The notes under the pieces are model-generated. The model did no database searches. It was not told the DNA's origin and was given only the letters and a program-made list of their open reading frames with translations. Position numbers and translations under genes: made by a program. Positions 21,479-31,017 of a stretch of 64,000 nucleotides of DNA are shown here, in pieces. Numbering within the stretch: the stretch's first letter is position 1; each line of letters opens with the position of its first letter. The DNA comes from Methanobacteriota archaeon (GTDB lineage: Archaea; Thermoplasmatota; E2; DHVEG-1), in NCBI GenBank assembly GCA_963769885.1, contig CAVYNH010000007.1:320001-384000 (forward strand). The letters are read 5' to 3'.

Positions 21479-22543
21479 TTACCCTCGATGCAAGAGACGG
21501 CTCAGGCGATCTTTTAGATTGAATTTGACCAGCAGGAAGATGTTGAGGTCGCGGGATTGGCTGTCGATGATATTCCCATTGGCATCATACACGGAGACCG
21601 TAGCCTTATACAGCCCATTGGACAGGGTGAATTGGGCGTCAGCACCGTCAGACATGTTCGTGTCGCTGATTGTCGCGGTATCATGGCTGAGCAGGTCTTC
21701 GAAGCTGAAATCAGCCCGTGCCACCGCGGCGCTCACCGTCGCATTAAGGTAGCAGCTGCTTGTACTCAGCATGGCAGACATCCCATATTGCTGCAGGATT
21801 GGTAAGAATCCATAGGACTTGTAGAATCCCCATAATCTAAAGTAGACGTACCCCGGTTCCAACGCGACCATATGAACTTGTGGGGCGATAGAGACGAGAA
21901 TCGGCGTAGTCCAGGCACTAATTGCGTAATGGCTGTCTTGTGCCCGAACTCGGACTGAGTACGTCCCTTTATTAATCCAAGAATTGGGACAGACGCATTC
22001 CTGACCGTACGTGTATGGCCCAAGCCACTGGCTTACCCTGCCGTCGCCCCATTCCCACTGGAAGTACATCATGTCTCCCTCCGGGTCTGCCGTGATTGCA
22101 GAAAAGTTCAGGCTGAAGCCAATCCCGACGTTCACCGGCGCCTTGACCAGCCGAGGGGTGAACGGCGCCTGGTTCTCCACGGTCGTAAACTGCCAGATTG
22201 GACCTGTTGCACTGACATGAGACTGGTTCCAAGCAACAATCCGCCAATAATACGTAGTACTCGTGGCGAGGGTCCCCGGCTCGTATGAAGTCCCGGTCTG
22301 ATTCTCCACGGCACGCGGCGGTGGATTCGAAGTGCCGAAATAGACCGTATACGTGTAGCTCTCGTTACTGCCTGGGTCACCAGCGGTCCACTTGGGGTTG
22401 GCGAACACGCTGACGGCGGAAGAGTCATTGGACGGGGTCGGTGAATGAGGGATTTCGGGCGTGCCGGCAAGCACCCCGGTAATAGGGACAATCGTAAGGA
22501 GAAGACTTATGCTAATAGCTACGCCAAGGCTTCTTGGGTTCAT
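21479..22543 (-). CDS. secreted Fn3-like + PKD domain protein
   Basis: Signal peptide; YTVYFGT...YYWRIVA...GPIWQFTT; DPEGD...WGDG...GTYSVRVRAQD. Confidence 0.75.
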   Translation of the reverse strand: MNPRSLGVAISISLLLTIVPITGVLAGTPEIPHSPTPSNDSSAVSVFANPKWTAGDPGSNESYTYTVYFGTSNPPPRAVENQTGTSYEPGTLATSTTYYWRIVAWNQSHVSATGPIWQFTTVENQAPFTPRLVKAPVNVGIGFSLNFSAITADPEGDMMYFQWEWGDGRVSQWLGPYTYGQECVCPNSWINKGTYSVRVRAQDSHYAISAWTTPILVSIAPQVHMVALEPGYVYFRLWGFYKSYGFLPILQQYGMSAMLSTSSCYLNATVSAAVARADFSFEDLLSHDTATISDTNMSDGADAQFTLSNGLYKATVSVYDANGNIIDSQSRDLNIFLLVKFNLKDRLSRLLHRG

Positions 22544-22615
22544 GTAAGACCTCCCTTTTCGATAGTACCATAGAGGATGGAAACTCCCCTCTGGCGTGTA
22601 TAAATAGGTTTGATA

Positions 22616-23446
22616 TTATATAAACGTTCTGGCATGGGCCGGAGTGGGGGAATCAAGGGAATGAAGGCCGGTTGTTGCCATTGTGCCGAGTTTTATAAAC
22701 AGGAGGTAGTTCAGGAGGGAGCCGTCGATGATGTTGCCCTCAGCATCGTAGGCGAGGTAGCCGATCTGGAAGAGCCCGGTGGCGATCGGGATCTCGATGG
22801 TGAAACCGTCAGTTGCGTTGTCGTCTGTGACCTCAGTGTTTTGGCTGGTGCGGATGCTGGTGGCTACCGCGTATACTGCTGCGACGGTGGAGGCTGCGGA
22901 GAAGTTCAAGACTAGGCCGTGATCAACAGACATCAAGATGACGGCGCCGAAGACGTCCAGCATGCCAACATAGAAGAATGAATTGAGGAGGTAAATGAAC
23001 CCTGATTTGAGGTTTGTGAGGGTGAGCTGAGGGGCGACGGTGAGGTTGTAGGGGACGGTCTGGTTGAGTTGGAGTCCGTGGCTGTCCTTAACTTGGACGC
23101 GGATGATGTAGTTGCCGTTGCTTGCCCAGGCGTGGTGGGTGGTGATGTTGGTGGTGGAGTTGACGGGGCCGAGCCAGTCCGTCATGTTGCCGTCGTCCCA
23201 GTCGACTTTGAGGAGGATTTGGTCGCCGTCAGGGTCGGTGGCGTTCATGATGTAGGTGAGTTCGAAATCCGGGGCGCCGGCGTGGGGGCCGGTGATGTTC
23301 GGCAGCAGGGGGGGGTTGTTGTCTCTGTCGAGGGACGTTGGCGTGCGTTGTGGGAGTGAAAGGGCGTTGAGGACCCCATTATTGATGCTCACAACCATTA
23401 AGATAAAAGTGAAAAAGATGGTAAAGTACTTATGAAATCGCCTCAT
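22616..23446 (-). CDS. secreted PKD domain protein, paralog of the neighbour
   Basis: Signal peptide; DPDGD...DWDDG...WLGP...HAW...G.Y.IRVQVKD; shared C-terminal YDA.GNIID. Confidence 0.75.
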   Translation of the reverse strand: MRRFHKYFTIFFTFILMVVSINNGVLNALSLPQRTPTSLDRDNNPPLLPNITGPHAGAPDFELTYIMNATDPDGDQILLKVDWDDGNMTDWLGPVNSTTNITTHHAWASNGNYIIRVQVKDSHGLQLNQTVPYNLTVAPQLTLTNLKSGFIYLLNSFFYVGMLDVFGAVILMSVDHGLVLNFSAASTVAAVYAVATSIRTSQNTEVTDDNATDGFTIEIPIATGLFQIGYLAYDAEGNIIDGSLLNYLLFIKLGTMATTGLHSLDSPTPAHARTFI

Positions 23447-23543
23447 TGAATCCCCCGAGTTACGTGGTTCTTTATTTGCATCTGGATTAATAAACCTTTG
23501 CTCCTACTTCAGTTCTTGTTGTTTTTAGGAGAAAGGCGTTTGG

Positions 23544-24800
23544 TTATGGAAGCGTGAGTAGGGTGGTGGTTCCTTGGGGGACGACAAGGACGCGTGCGTC
23601 GGAGGTGAGTTCCTGAAAGGCGTGTTTCAAGGCTTCGTCTGGGGTGACGGCGGCGTGGAACTTGAAGAATCCTTCGACCTCGTTTTTTGGCAAGGTGGAG
23701 ATGAAATAGATGGGGTGGTTTTCGACGGCGACGCGGTGGTAGTAGGCTTTGTGGGCGCCGATGACGAAGTTTTCGTTGAGGGCGCGTTGGACGTCGCGGG
23801 AGGTCGGGTATTTGGCGAGCCAGTCGGTGTAGAGTGTGCTGCCGGCACCTTGGGGGCATTCGGCGACAAGGATGATGGCGCCGTGGTCGGCGATGACCTG
23901 GCAGGCCTGGTGCATGGCCTTCATGGCCTGGTAGAGGTTGATGTCGTGGGGGTGGCCGTTGGCGGCGGTGATAATGATGTCGGGGCGTTGGGGGATTTTG
24001 CGGCGGTACATGCTGTCAACGAGTTTGGCGCCGGCGTCGAGGACGACTTCGGGGTTGCCAGCCCAGGCGCCGACGATGCGGTGGTGGGAGTTTTGGACGA
24101 CGTTAAGGATGAAGTCACAGCCAGCGAGGTGCATGGCTTCGTTCATTTCTTGGTGGATGGGGTTGTCTTTGAGCACCCCGGTCTTTGCGCCTTTATTGAA
24201 GAGGAGGCTGTGGTTGCGTTGGATCGTGTTTTTTGAGGCGAGGCCGGGAAGGATGCTTTTACGGGCGCCGCCGTAGCCGGCGAAGTAGTGGTATTCGATG
24301 TCGCCGAGGAGGATTTTGATGTCGCGTTCGACGTAGTCTTTGAGGATTTCGACGGTGTTGCCGCGGCGGGTTTTACCGACGGGGAGGTATTCACCATTGG
24401 TGATGTCGTTGGTGGCGACCATGAAGGTGCGGGCGATTTTTTCGCCGAGGATGTCTTTGATTTGGTCGGGGGTGGGTGGGGTGTGGGTGCCGTTGGCGAT
24501 GATGATGAGGATGTCGAGGTCGTCGACGCCGGCGTCGTGGAGTTCGGCGAGGACGGGGGGGAGCAGGGTCTGGGTGGGGCAGGGCCTGGTGTAGTCGTCG
24601 ACAACGATGGCGACGTGATCGCCGGGGTGGACGAGGGTAGAAAGAGGGTCTGTTCCGAGGGGATCCTTGAGGGCGTCGCGGATCATCTCCTCGGGTTTTT
24701 GGGCTGGGTTGAATTCTTGTGGGGTGATGACGCCGAGGAGGTTTTTGTCGGGTACGGTGACTGGGAGGGTGGTTTTGCCGTAGGGCAGCTGGATGGTCAT
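23544..24800 (-). CDS. larA: nickel-pincer-dependent lactate racemase family (LarA-like)
   Basis: D.TRP, G.H, EYHYFAGYGG.RKS.LPG, NH, G.P.DINLYQA.K. Confidence 0.88.
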   Translation of the reverse strand: MTIQLPYGKTTLPVTVPDKNLLGVITPQEFNPAQKPEEMIRDALKDPLGTDPLSTLVHPGDHVAIVVDDYTRPCPTQTLLPPVLAELHDAGVDDLDILIIIANGTHTPPTPDQIKDILGEKIARTFMVATNDITNGEYLPVGKTRRGNTVEILKDYVERDIKILLGDIEYHYFAGYGGARKSILPGLASKNTIQRNHSLLFNKGAKTGVLKDNPIHQEMNEAMHLAGCDFILNVVQNSHHRIVGAWAGNPEVVLDAGAKLVDSMYRRKIPQRPDIIITAANGHPHDINLYQAMKAMHQACQVIADHGAIILVAECPQGAGSTLYTDWLAKYPTSRDVQRALNENFVIGAHKAYYHRVAVENHPIYFISTLPKNEVEGFFKFHAAVTPDEALKHAFQELTSDARVLVVPQGTTTLLTLP

Positions 24801-24810
24801 AAGAGGGTTC

Positions 24811-24996
24811 TTATGAGGACTTGACGTAGTGTTTGGTCCACCGCACCCGTCGGGGGATGCGGTTCAGCTTCAGCATGTTTTTTTGGCATTTGCTTTTGCA
24901 GAAGTAGAGGACCGTGCCGTCTTTTTTGACGTAGAGTTTGCCGGTCCCGGGTTCGATGTCGCCGCCGCAGAAGGAGCAGACGCGTTTTTCGACCAT
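24811..24996 (-). CDS. rpl24e: 50S ribosomal protein L24e
   Basis: CSFCG..IEPGTG.LYV..DG....FC.SKC; PR...WT. Confidence 0.96.
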   Translation of the reverse strand: MVEKRVCSFCGGDIEPGTGKLYVKKDGTVLYFCKSKCQKNMLKLNRIPRRVRWTKHYVKSS

Positions 24997-25208
24997 TATC
25001 GGGGTCCTCCGAGTCTTTTGGCTTCACGTTGGGTCTCGCTGAGCATGAGGATGTCGCCGAGGCGGACGGGGCCCATGACGTTGCGGGTGATGATCTTGCC
25101 TTTGTCGCGGCCGTCGAGGACGCGGACTTTGACTTGGGAGGCTTCGCCGGCCATGCCGGTGCGCTCGATGATTTCAACGACTTCGCATGGAGTGCCTTCG
25201 ATGACCAT
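24996..25208 (-). CDS. rps28e: 30S ribosomal protein S28e
   Basis: RTGM.GEA.QVKVR.L.G.DKG.II.RNV.GPVR.GDIL; TAATG overlap with rpl24e. Confidence 0.96.
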   Translation of the reverse strand: MVIEGTPCEVVEIIERTGMAGEASQVKVRVLDGRDKGKIITRNVMGPVRLGDILMLSETQREAKRLGGPR

Positions 25209-25212
25209 AGGC

Positions 25213-25584
25213 TTAACCCTGTTTTTGTACCGCTTCGATTTTTTTGACGATGTTGTCGACGAGTTCTTTGTCTTTGCCGGGGCTGACGATGGCGATTGCG
25301 CTGGTCGGGATGCCGAGCCCGGCGGCGTTCCCCAGTTCTTCTTTGCTGGAGACGTAGGTGTACGGGATGTTTTTTTCCTCGCACAGTAAAGGCATGTGGG
25401 CTAGGATTTCTTCAGGGGTGACGTCTTCTGCCATGATCACGAGCTTGGCCTGCCCGCGCTCGACGTACTTCGTGGTCTCGTTGGCCCCTTTTCCAATCTT
25501 CCCACCATCTCGAGCTTTTTCAATCAGATCATAGGCTAAATCTTGAAGTTCTTTCGGTACTTGATAGCGGACATATATCGGCAT
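25213..25584 (-). CDS. rpl7ae: 50S ribosomal protein L7Ae
   Basis: KG.NE.TK..ERG.AKLV..AEDV.PEEI..H.P.LC.EK; GGAGG upstream. Confidence 0.97.
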   Translation of the reverse strand: MPIYVRYQVPKELQDLAYDLIEKARDGGKIGKGANETTKYVERGQAKLVIMAEDVTPEEILAHMPLLCEEKNIPYTYVSSKEELGNAAGLGIPTSAIAIVSPGKDKELVDNIVKKIEAVQKQG

Positions 25585-25709
25585 GGTTTAGCCTCCTTTT
25601 CAAGAGCTTTCATCGATTCTTCCTGATGGAAGTAAGGTTGGGAATAGAGGTCTCGTATAAAAACTTTATTAATAAATGATTTCAATGACATGAATTTATA
25701 AGAAGGGAA

Positions 25710-25916
25710 TTACAGCCCACCGCCACTATTACCATGCCAAACAACGATTCCAATAGCCAAGAACATAAACCCCAACACAAAGAAAATCGCACTTACAAAA
25801 ATATTGATAAGTAATGACCCGCCCCCAATCAAGAGAAAGAGAACACTTGCTCCGAGAAGAACGGTCTCAGAATTATCCAAATTGAAGTTGAAATTCATAT
25901 CGGGCCAGTTTATCAT
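25710..25916 (-). CDS. small two-TM membrane protein
   Basis: 68 aa with two hydrophobic helices; TATA-like element ~25 nt upstream. Confidence 0.5.
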   Translation of the reverse strand: MINWPDMNFNFNLDNSETVLLGASVLFLLIGGGSLLINIFVSAIFFVLGFMFLAIGIVVWHGNSGGGL

Positions 25917-25977
25917 AATCGAGGAATGTTCGTTTGATTATAAATACTTTTGACATAGATGGCAGAAACTATTCGAT

Positions 25978-26071
25978 GGCTTTGTCTCAAAAGTATTCAG
26001 CCGTCCCCCGAGACCGTTTTCCTCGTCTTGAAGTGGCTTCAGGAGGAGCCTTGGAGTTTTGAGACAACGCC
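25978..26071. mobile_element. 94-bp MITE with 15-bp TIRs and 9-bp target-site duplication (IS5/IS903-like ends)
   Basis: TIRs ggctttgtctcaaaa (25978-25992) and ttttgagacaacgcc (26057-26071), 14/15 match; direct repeat ctattcgat at 25969-25977 and 26072-26080. Confidence 0.9.
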
Positions 26072-26100
26072 CTATTCGATTTAAACGAAATATAAATTTT

Positions 26101-27264
26101 TTATTTCTTTGATTCTGACTGTTCTTCGGGCAAGGGATGATTTTTCATATCTTTTATAGCACCTAATAATTTCATAGTTTCGTCACTGCTCAAAGTCTCA
26201 CCCTTATAACGGACCTGGAATAATCCATGCAAATCAGATGGTAACTCTACTCCTTCTTTAACCAAGAAAATGTATCTCTTACCATAAAGAGCCATCGACA
26301 CTCCAATCTCAATAAGGACATTAGGGTTAATGATATTGTGGCTTTTTCCATCCAAATCAATTAATTTCATCTCATCGTCAATGTGAATTATTGAAGCCCC
26401 GCAACCCCTCATATCTTTCAATACCTTATCTGAGATAGGTTGAGCTACTGAAGCTCTCTCAGTAGCAACTATTGGCTCAAGCTCACCAAAAGCCAAGAAT
26501 TGTTTAATAGGTTCAATTAGGGTTACGTTTTTTCCATGAGTTATGAATACTTTTTTCTTTCTACTCAAGTCAATATTTGGTGGCACATTTTCGTCTACTT
26601 TTAGAGGAATATTTGTATCAATGCCTGGTGGGATTGCCTGTTGTTCCTCCTTGCCACCTTTTTCTGGGGGTCTATTAGTTTGAGGAAGTATTATTCCTCC
26701 AATATCAACACAATAAGCGCCTTTGTTTTCAATTATCAATCCATATTTTTGCCCTTCTTTCATAATCATTTTTAGAACATCATCCAATCGATGTGCAGGG
26801 ACACCCATATCCTTGAGAACATTTTTAGCGATGTCCTCTCTTGGAATCTTACTTTTATTATATTTTCTGAGAAATTCTCCTACTAATTTTGGTTTAAGGA
26901 AAGCCTCTCGTTTGGCTTTATTATCATCACCTTCTTCAATTGGTTCAATGATTCTTTTTGCTATAGGTTCTAAGGAAATCTCACCAGCGTTATATCCGCC
27001 TTTAGTAAGTCCATACGCGATTGATGCTCCACATAGCATTCTAAATGAGCCGGAGGATGTTTTCATTTTTAGTGCAAGGGCCACTTGTAATGGTGTAGAT
27101 GGTTTAGAGGCATAGTTATCAATTATTGCCCTTGGGATTCTCAAAGCTTCTTCTAAAGAACAACCCGGAATGTCAGCTTGACTTAGATAAGTCCTATGTT
27201 TTGATGTAGTATTTTTTTGTGCTTTTATTTTTTTCTGAACGATAGGCTTCGTTGGTTTTTCCAT
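26101..27264 (-). CDS. TIR-like nucleotide-binding domain protein (CAP12/Pycsar-type TIR) with N-terminal helical/wHTH-like domain
   Basis: C-terminal KVFITHG, NPNVLIEIG (putative catalytic Glu), LPSDL.G; AT-rich codon usage. Confidence 0.8.
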   Translation of the reverse strand: MEKPTKPIVQKKIKAQKNTTSKHRTYLSQADIPGCSLEEALRIPRAIIDNYASKPSTPLQVALALKMKTSSGSFRMLCGASIAYGLTKGGYNAGEISLEPIAKRIIEPIEEGDDNKAKREAFLKPKLVGEFLRKYNKSKIPREDIAKNVLKDMGVPAHRLDDVLKMIMKEGQKYGLIIENKGAYCVDIGGIILPQTNRPPEKGGKEEQQAIPPGIDTNIPLKVDENVPPNIDLSRKKKVFITHGKNVTLIEPIKQFLAFGELEPIVATERASVAQPISDKVLKDMRGCGASIIHIDDEMKLIDLDGKSHNIINPNVLIEIGVSMALYGKRYIFLVKEGVELPSDLHGLFQVRYKGETLSSDETMKLLGAIKDMKNHPLPEEQSESKK

Positions 27265-27574
27265 TTTCTCACCAAAGAGGATAAAGGTTACGCGCTCCCA
27301 AACTCAATAAGAAAATCGGATTTATATAATTTATCATATCCTCTGTCATCATCATTAATTATACCTTTGGCTCTCATATTTGAGAAAGAAATAGTCTGCC
27401 TAGTCATTTCCTGTTTTTCTTCTTCCTTCTTTGGTATCCAAGAAGCGTAATTCTATTTGATGGGTTAGTTAACAAATGTAATTTTAGATTTTAAAGGAAA
27501 ATAAGGAGGAAAATAATGAAAAAATATTTAACAAGGAATTTTTAATCATTGACGTCAATGTTGAAAAAACTTTG

Positions 27575-28726
27575 TCAACTTCGGCCCCTGAGCAACGGCT
27601 TGTTTTCGGGGTGGGGCGGGAGGCTGAGGCGTTCGACTTCCAAGCGATCCGCGGTCGGGTACTCCTCGACGAGGAAGCATTTGTAGCCTTGGTGTGTGAG
27701 GTCCGCCGCGATGTGTTCGAGCTGCCAGGCGGCGACCTCGACTCGGTTCTTCTGCGCATCGACTCTGATCAGCTCTGCGGGGATCTTGTAGATCCGCCGA
27801 AGCGAGGCAGCGATGACAGGGAGCGGCTGGCGTCGGGACTCGACGACACCCTTCATCAGTGTCCCATCCGAGGTAATCACGTCATAGGGCCGCGCCACGG
27901 TCTTCGCCCGGCGCTTGATGCGGTTGCGCAGCTGGATCCGGTCCTTGAACGAGACGGAGCAGTAATGCACACCGACATCGAAGTCCCGTTCGCTCGCCAT
28001 TGTGACGACTTTCAGGGCGGTTTTTTGGCTGCCGGCGACGGCCGCGGAGAGATCGTTCTTGACGTCGTAGCCTCGTTTCATGAACGCCTGACAGTTCTGC
28101 TCTGAGAACTCCAGCTCGTTGAGGTTCACCCAGCGGATCCCCTGGTAGTCCGCCCAGGCGATGAGCGAGAGGAGATCCTGCTCCATGCCCGGGATGACCG
28201 GCACCTCGACCGCCACATCGACGTCATAGCTGCTCAAGGTTCGCAGCGCTTTCGACAAGGGGCTCTTCGCCATGGTCCCCCACGTCGCGGGCAGGGGATG
28301 GAACCGGATCTCATCGAGCCCCTCGTCCACGAAAATCGGGAGCGCATCGGTGTTCTGCAACCCAGAGGTGTAGAGATGGATGTGAAACCGATCGCCGAAA
28401 CTTGCCTTCAGCAGCCGGATGTATCGTGAGACGCGCTGCCAGACGAGGAGGGGGTCCCCGCCGGTGATCCCGGCACCCTTCGCATGGATCGCGTGCGCCT
28501 CCGCCAGCAGGGTGTCCGTGTCCCGCTCTGAGGCAAGCTCCCATTCGTCGGCGAAGATACGGTCCGTCCCTTTCTTCCGGAAGCTCAGCGGACAGTAGAA
28601 ACAATCAATCGTACAGCGGCCAGTCGCCAGCACCACCATTTTCTCTCCCTTGGCGCACATGCGGCAGCCTGGGGACAACGGCTGGGTGTAGACGCTGTCC
28701 TGCAGCCACGTCGTGATCTTCTTCAT
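27575..28726 (-). CDS. archaeal radical SAM protein (COG2108-like)
   Basis: GC..C..G.K, CTIDCFYC, ITGGDPL, HLYT, LDEIRFHP, NLNELE. Confidence 0.88.
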   Translation of the reverse strand: MKKITTWLQDSVYTQPLSPGCRMCAKGEKMVVLATGRCTIDCFYCPLSFRKKGTDRIFADEWELASERDTDTLLAEAHAIHAKGAGITGGDPLLVWQRVSRYIRLLKASFGDRFHIHLYTSGLQNTDALPIFVDEGLDEIRFHPLPATWGTMAKSPLSKALRTLSSYDVDVAVEVPVIPGMEQDLLSLIAWADYQGIRWVNLNELEFSEQNCQAFMKRGYDVKNDLSAAVAGSQKTALKVVTMASERDFDVGVHYCSVSFKDRIQLRNRIKRRAKTVARPYDVITSDGTLMKGVVESRRQPLPVIAASLRRIYKIPAELIRVDAQKNRVEVAAWQLEHIAADLTHQGYKCFLVEEYPTADRLEVERLSLPPHPENKPLLRGRS

Positions 28727-29136
28727 CTCGGATGGTGTGCCAGATAGGTGACCTGCTTAAAAAAATGTATGGTAAAATCGAACAATCACATTTCAGAGTC
28801 ACCAAGGACGATGAAAAATTCTGGTAGCAAAAAGGTGTAATGATGACTCCGACCTCGACGTACGACGTCTCCCTCCAATGCTAAACGAGCTACGCCTCGT
28901 ACAAACACCACCCCATCCCCTAAGCGATATGATTAGTTCGTGAACAATAAATATAAATAGGGTAATAATTATAATCAGTCAAACCCCGACAGAGGGACCT
29001 CAGGATAATCCTCGAGGCTCATCCCTGCCCCCAAATCTCTCAGCTGCGCCTATAAATATAAATACCTCGGACGCCAACAAACCCGTACGAGAAGACCCCC
29101 CCTGAGGGACCCCCAGCAATAAACCACTCCGGAGTC

Positions 29137-30996
29137 GTGAGAACCATCCCCAGAAAGCTCCTCAGCCTTATCGCCTTCCTCATCATCGTCGTCATCGCCA
29201 TCGTCGCTGTCGTCGTCTACCTCGCCATGCCCCAGCAAAAACCGACTCCCACCCCCGTCACCATTAAACCGGACAACCACATCAGCCCCAACATCGGCCA
29301 ACAACTCGACGTCGAAGTCACCCGAATCCGCAGCCGCGCCCTCTACGACACCATGATGACGCGAGGTACCGCCTGGCGGCATCCACCGCAGTTCTACTGG
29401 ATCATTGACGTTGACGGTAAAGAGGCAGACAGCCTCGGCACCGTCGGCTACGGCGACAACGGCCTCTTCACCACCTGGGACTCCGAACGCATGGACACCC
29501 GCATCCCCTTCCGAGTCGTCGACGAACAACCAACCTCACAGGTCACGATCAAGATTATGCAGCGTGAGACCACCGGCCTCCTCGGACGGCGCACCGTCGA
29601 CGTCCAGGCAGAAGTCATCAACCTCACCTATGATTATCGCACTGGCCGCTGGACCGGAGACGACTCCTTCACCGACCCCACCGGCTACGGCCACTACCTC
29701 GGTGCCAATTACGAAGTCTGGTTCAACCTCTACCAATCGGATTACGACCACGACGGCATCCCATACTGGACCGAGGTTAATGTTCTGGGCACAGATCCCT
29801 ACATCGACGACTCAGTCCTGGATCCAGACCATGACGGCATCCCCACCAGCTGGGAATGGCGGTGGGGCTTCAACCCCTTCGTCGCAGACAACTTCACTAA
29901 CCTTGACCCTGACTTCGACGGCCTCAGCGTCTACGATGAATACACGTTGAGAAATTACTACGCGAATCCCTTTTATCCTGAGATGTACATCGAGGCAGAC
30001 TTCATGGCGAAGCGCGGTCCCTTCGACCTCCCCCATGTCTTGTTCAAGGAAACCCAAGGCATGATCGATGAACTCTTCGCGCGGCATAACATCACGGTGT
30101 GGATCGACGATGGATGGTCCGACGGGCCAAAGAACGGCGGTGGCGAGTACCTGCCGTTCGTCAAATCCATGGAGGATGTCAACGGGGGTCAAGCCTATGC
30201 GTTTTATCAGCACAATTTTGCACAGGAACGTCATGGTCTTTTCCGGTATGTGATCGTCGCAAACAAGCTTGGTTGGGCGATACCGATGAAGTTCAATTAT
30301 TATGACACGATTCTTATCGGCCAAGGATGGCGGCCGGTGATCAAGACCCATCTAGCATTGACACAGCGGTATTCCCGGGTCGCCGAGGCCAAGGCCCTTC
30401 TCCATGAGCTTGGTCATACCTTAGGCCTGCTGCCCTATACCTTCCCCGGGGTAGACATTATGCCTCCTACGGGGGCGCGGTGGCCGAGCATGCCCGCGGA
30501 CGAATATCTGGCGTACGAGAAGGACTACCATAGCGTCATGAACTATAATTACGTCTGGAAGGACCGGCGCCTGGTCGACTTCTCTCATGGTGAGAACGGT
30601 CAGTACGATGAGAACGACTGGGATCATATCTACATCCCTGTCTTTAATCGGGATGCGCGCGCGGTCGAGGAGACGGCGGATGAGAATTTTGAGGACTATG
30701 AGATGGTCAACGAGACTCCATACCCGTTTGTTGAGGGCTGGATAAATGCGTCCGCGAACCTCACCAAGAGTCTGCCGGCCTCGATGTCGTTCAAGGTGTA
30801 CGATAACATCGGGTCCGGGATCAAGGTCCTTGTGAACCCGCATGTCATAGGCAACGCTACTTGGAACGTGCGGGTGTACGCCCGTCCGAGCATCGATCCT
30901 TTCCCGACAACGCAGAGCTGGACGCTGATGGCGGAAGGGTATCTGGATTCTGCAGGGAAGCTGACGTTCTATAGCAGCGGGCAGAAATTGATCTGA
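29137..30996 (+). CDS. membrane-anchored zinc metalloprotease with TSP3-like Ca-binding repeats
   Basis: N-terminal TM; D.D.DG(I/L) x3; LLHELGHTLGL; Met-turn SVMNY. Confidence 0.75.
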   Translation: MRTIPRKLLSLIAFLIIVVIAIVAVVVYLAMPQQKPTPTPVTIKPDNHISPNIGQQLDVEVTRIRSRALYDTMMTRGTAWRHPPQFYWIIDVDGKEADSLGTVGYGDNGLFTTWDSERMDTRIPFRVVDEQPTSQVTIKIMQRETTGLLGRRTVDVQAEVINLTYDYRTGRWTGDDSFTDPTGYGHYLGANYEVWFNLYQSDYDHDGIPYWTEVNVLGTDPYIDDSVLDPDHDGIPTSWEWRWGFNPFVADNFTNLDPDFDGLSVYDEYTLRNYYANPFYPEMYIEADFMAKRGPFDLPHVLFKETQGMIDELFARHNITVWIDDGWSDGPKNGGGEYLPFVKSMEDVNGGQAYAFYQHNFAQERHGLFRYVIVANKLGWAIPMKFNYYDTILIGQGWRPVIKTHLALTQRYSRVAEAKALLHELGHTLGLLPYTFPGVDIMPPTGARWPSMPADEYLAYEKDYHSVMNYNYVWKDRRLVDFSHGENGQYDENDWDHIYIPVFNRDARAVEETADENFEDYEMVNETPYPFVEGWINASANLTKSLPASMSFKVYDNIGSGIKVLVNPHVIGNATWNVRVYARPSIDPFPTTQSWTLMAEGYLDSAGKLTFYSSGQKLI

Positions 30997-31017
30997 ACTT
31001 TCTGCTTGTTTACTGGT

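Noticed and set aside
25585-25640. L7Ae autoregulatory kink-turn in the rpl7ae leader (GATGA-aagctct-TGA on the minus strand)
   Set aside because: Tandem GA-like elements are present but no canonical closing stem could be drawn; unsupported without an alignment
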